Shown: in pieces, positions 60,791-64,000 of the stretch
Numbering within the stretch: the first letter of the stretch is position 1
Layout of the letters: each line of letters starts with the position of its first letter
NCBI GenBank assembly: GCA_045863335.1
Contig: BTVY01000021.1
Span: forward strand, 43,426-107,425
Direction of reading: 5' to 3'
Length of the DNA: 64,000 nucleotides
From: Candidatus Hydrogenedentota bacterium
GTDB taxonomy: Bacteria; Hydrogenedentota; Hydrogenedentia; Hydrogenedentales; SLHB01
Program-made: the position numbers and the translations under genes
Notes under the pieces: generated by a model
Told to the model about the DNA's origin: nothing
Database searches by the model: none
What the model saw: the letters and a program-made list of their open reading frames with translations, nothing else

Positions 60791-62881
60791 ATGGTGCACA
60801 GCAAAAGGATTGGCAGAGCGTTCTCCCTATGCGCGCTCAGTCTTGTTGTGGCCCTGGCAGTGGGCTGTCCGGGCACACCAGGACCACAGGGGCCTGAAGG
60901 CCCTCCAGGACCCGAAGGCCCTCCGGGACCTGCGGGGCCGGAGGATTTCGGCGGCAACGCGCCGGGACTGCACATTACGATTGAAAAGGTGGACATTCCG
61001 GCGGACTTGCGCCCTGTTGTCACCTTTACTGCCGTGGATGACCGGGGCGACACGCTGGCCCTGAATGAGTTCACCGACATCCGGTTCATCATGGGCTTCC
61101 TGAAGGCGTACGTGAACGGCGGCACGCTGAAGTATTCGAGCTACACGACGCGCACGGATGCCGGGCAAACTCAAGCCACGACGGATAACGCGCGTCTGGG
61201 CGGTTTGACCCAGAATAAGAACGGCAAGTTCAAGTACAAGTTCCAGACCGCATTGCCGGCCAACTACGACGCGTCTGCCAGCCATCAGGTGGCCGCGCAA
61301 GCCGTCCGTGAGTTTGCGGCAAACGAGACCGAATACCCGGACAACCCATGGTTTGCTTGGGTGCCGGACGGGACCACGGCGCTTGAGGTACGCGACATCG
61401 TGGACACGGAGACGTGTAACACCTGTCACACCCGGCTCGAATTCCACGGCGGCGACCGTCGTGAGATTCAATACTGCATCATGTGCCACTCGCCGCAGAG
61501 CACGGACGGTCAGTCGCTGAACTCGGTCGACATGGCAGAGATGATTCACAAGATCCACATGGGCGAAGAGCTGCCCAGCGTGCAGGACGGCGAAGACTAC
61601 TTCATCGGGGGATTCACCGGCCCGATCAGTTACTCTGACGTGGTGTTCCCGCAAGACATTCGCAATTGCGAAGTCTGCCACGGCGAAGAGAAGGCATCCT
61701 TCTACCTCGAAAACCCGACCAAATCGGGATGCGCGTCGTGCCACGACCGGACCTGGTTCGGACTGGCCGCGAACACGCCGGCGGGATTCGTTCACCACAG
61801 CAGCGCCGATGGCATGCTGGACGTGGACCTCAATCTTCCGGACGATTCGCTCTGCGCGGGCTGCCATTTGCCGGAATCCGGAGTGGCTCCGATTCTTCCC
61901 AATCACGTGACGCCGCTCGAAAGCGACGACGCGCCGGGCCTGCAGTTCGCGATCAACTCGGTGAACGTAATCAATCCGGGTCCGACGGCACAGCCCGTCG
62001 TCAACTTTACGGTGACGGACAAGAACGGCGATCCGTACACGAACCTCAATAGCCAATTGACGGCGTGCAACGCGCTGCTCGCGTGGCCCGCGGACGATTA
62101 CGAGCAGTACATCAATGCAGGCGTGCGAAACAGCATGAACCTCGTGAATAACGGAAACGGCAACTACACGTATACGTACACGGAGACCTTCGATTCGACG
62201 ACGACCGACACCTTCGGCATCGCGATGACGGGCCGGTTGACCTTCATGCACGACGGCGCAAGCGTAACGCAGGGTCCGTCGGCGAACGGCCTGACCTTCT
62301 TCCGTATGGACGGTGGATTGGTCGAGCCTCGGCGCGAAGTCATCGATGAAGAGGCATGTAACGTGTGTCACGACGGCGTTCGCGCTCACGGTGAACAACG
62401 CTTCGGAGTAGGCGTGTGCGTCATGTGTCACAACCCGAACGAGACGGATGAAGCGCGTCGCCCGATGGGTGAAATGCCGCCGGTTACCGTCAACTTCAAG
62501 GACATGCTGCACAAGATCCACACCGGCGAAGATCTCGAAGGCGCCTACACGGTGTACGGCTTCGGAAACACGCCGCACGACTTCACGCACATCCGGTTCC
62601 CGGCCCCGCTCCAGGATTGCAGCCTCTGCCACGCGGAAGACACGTACCTGCTTCCGGTACCGGAAGAGGCGCTGTCGACCCTGGTGGTCCAGGAAACGGG
62701 TGGTCCGACGGTGATTAGCGAGACCATGCCGGAGGCGGCAGCATGCACGACGTGCCACGACGGCCTGGCCGCGAATGTCCACGCGTTCATCAACACGGCG
62801 CAGGGCGTGGAAACCTGCGTCGTGTGCCACGGTGAAGAAGCGGACTACGCGGTGAGCGAGATTCACATGCTTGAACCCTAA
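60791..62881 (+). CDS. OmcA/MtrC-family decaheme c-type cytochrome lipoprotein
   Basis: Lipobox LAVGC, collagen-like GPx repeats, 10 CxxCH in two pentaheme blocks, MIHKIH and MLHKIH, FPQDIRNC. Confidence 0.92.
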   Translation: MVHSKRIGRAFSLCALSLVVALAVGCPGTPGPQGPEGPPGPEGPPGPAGPEDFGGNAPGLHITIEKVDIPADLRPVVTFTAVDDRGDTLALNEFTDIRFIMGFLKAYVNGGTLKYSSYTTRTDAGQTQATTDNARLGGLTQNKNGKFKYKFQTALPANYDASASHQVAAQAVREFAANETEYPDNPWFAWVPDGTTALEVRDIVDTETCNTCHTRLEFHGGDRREIQYCIMCHSPQSTDGQSLNSVDMAEMIHKIHMGEELPSVQDGEDYFIGGFTGPISYSDVVFPQDIRNCEVCHGEEKASFYLENPTKSGCASCHDRTWFGLAANTPAGFVHHSSADGMLDVDLNLPDDSLCAGCHLPESGVAPILPNHVTPLESDDAPGLQFAINSVNVINPGPTAQPVVNFTVTDKNGDPYTNLNSQLTACNALLAWPADDYEQYINAGVRNSMNLVNNGNGNYTYTYTETFDSTTTDTFGIAMTGRLTFMHDGASVTQGPSANGLTFFRMDGGLVEPRREVIDEEACNVCHDGVRAHGEQRFGVGVCVMCHNPNETDEARRPMGEMPPVTVNFKDMLHKIHTGEDLEGAYTVYGFGNTPHDFTHIRFPAPLQDCSLCHAEDTYLLPVPEEALSTLVVQETGGPTVISETMPEAAACTTCHDGLAANVHAFINTAQGVETCVVCHGEEADYAVSEIHMLEP

Positions 62882-62918
62882 CCCTTCAGCAACAACCACC
62901 TCAGTTGCTTGATTGCGG

Positions 62919-62955
62919 CCCGGGCGGGTAGGAAATCCTACCCGCCCGGGCTGTT
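62919..62955. terminator. Hairpin between the convergent mtrC-like and sulfatase genes
   Basis: CCCGGGCGGGTAGGA-AA-TCCTACCCGCCCGGG followed by a T-rich tail. Confidence 0.75.
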
Positions 62956-62994
62956 TCTTGGGAACGCGATTGCTACGTCACCGACGAGAGCAGA

Positions 62995-63946
62995 TTACGG
63001 CTGGTACGCGGGATTGTACTCGCCCCGTTCGGCGAATCCGCCCAATTCGGGGCGCATGGGACTCACGCGGGGATAGGAGTCGAAAACGTCGCCGGTGCCG
63101 AGCGCGCGTGGATCGCCCTGTTCAGTCAGCAGGGACATGAGGTCGTTCCGCATGCGGTTCACGACACCCTGATGCGCGGGGTCGCTTGCCAGATTGGCGA
63201 GACAGGCCGGATCTTCCTGCACCGCGTACAGCTCATCCTCCGGACGTTTCCCGACCGCCGCTTCCAGTAAAGCGGCCCAATCGCCTCCCTCCATCACCAG
63301 CCGTTTGGTCGGCGATTCGTCGATGTCGTGGTACTCCGGCGGATCGCCCGCCGGCCAGCGGTCGGATTTGAAATTGCGGATGTACAGGTAGTCTTCAGTG
63401 CGGATGGCGCGCGAAGGGTATCCCCAGTTGTCGTAGCGCGCATGGGTATGCCGCTCGCGCCCTGTCAACACATGGTCCCGATACGAGTCGGTCTTGCCCG
63501 CGAGCAGCGGCGTCATTGTCGCGCCCACCATCGTGCCGGGAACGTCCACGCCCGCAAGGTCCAGAAACGTCGGCGCGAAATCGACGAAGCTCATGAGCGC
63601 GTCGGTCGGGCGTCCTTGGGGAAACCGTTCGGGCCAGCGTATGGCAAGGGGCACGCGGGTTCCGTACTCATAGAGGTTGGCCTTGGCTCGCGGGAAGGGC
63701 ATGCCGTTGTCACTCGTGACAACGACAACCGTGTTGTCCAGTTCGCCCAGTTCGTCAAGCCGTTGCAGCATCCGAGCCAACTGGGAATCAAACCACTCGA
63801 TCTCCACGAAGTAATCGAGCATATCGCTGCGCACCGTGGGATGGTCAGGAAGGAACTCCGGCACGCGAACTCGAACGGGATTCTTGCCGGATCGAATGCC
63901 GGAACCCTGTTCGTACCGAAGATGGGGTTCGCTGGACCCGTACCAG
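62995..63946 (-). CDS. Sulfatase (sulfamidase-like), 3' exon downstream of a group II intron
   Basis: WYGSSEPH..YEQGSG...VPEFLPD, TSDNGMPFPRAK.NLYE, GRERH; homology stops abruptly at the intron boundary. Confidence 0.85.
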
Positions 63947-64000
63947 ATCGAGTAGGAGGGGGAGGATAGTTCCTCCCCCGTCCTCTCACACCACCGTACG
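63947..64000 (-). mobile_element. 3' end (domain V distal half and domain VI) of a group II intron, class C (IIC)-type
   Basis: Minus strand CGTACGGTGGTGTGAGAGGACGGGGGAGGA..TCCTCCCCCTCCTACTCGAT matches the IIC DV/DVI consensus with bulged A and terminal AY. Confidence 0.88.

Noticed and set aside
60827-62899. Long antisense ORFs (60827-62899; also 41142-43046, 33275-34831, 43854-45443)
   Set aside because: Shadow ORFs opposite well-supported genes, expected with high-GC codon bias

Overview
GC-rich bacterial chromosome segment. The gene content (DUF1559 prepilin-type protein, several sulfatases, Tat-exported oxidoreductases, an IPTL-CTERM-like surface protein) suggests a PVC-like lineage or Candidatus Hydrogenedentes; this is inference. 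Ordinary content includes a GH95 fucosidase, a Ser/Thr kinase, rlmB, an MsbA-like ABC exporter, a sigma-54 psp operon, ldh, 2-oxoacid dehydrogenase E1/E2, glnB-glnA and four sulfatases. Three things stand out. (1) At 35.0-36.7 kb, a region the ORF track largely misses holds a tandem array of five tiny (19-32 aa) Trp-rich hydrophobic peptide genes. Each has a strong RBS, and most have a recognisable promoter and terminator. (2) At 49.3-62.9 kb lies a ~13.6 kb multiheme cytochrome and porin cluster with system II maturation genes and an MtrC/OmcA decaheme but no recognisable MtrA. (3) At the right edge, the 3' end of a class C-type group II intron abuts the middle of a sulfatase coding sequence. 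Several REP/MITE-like palindromic repeat families are also present.
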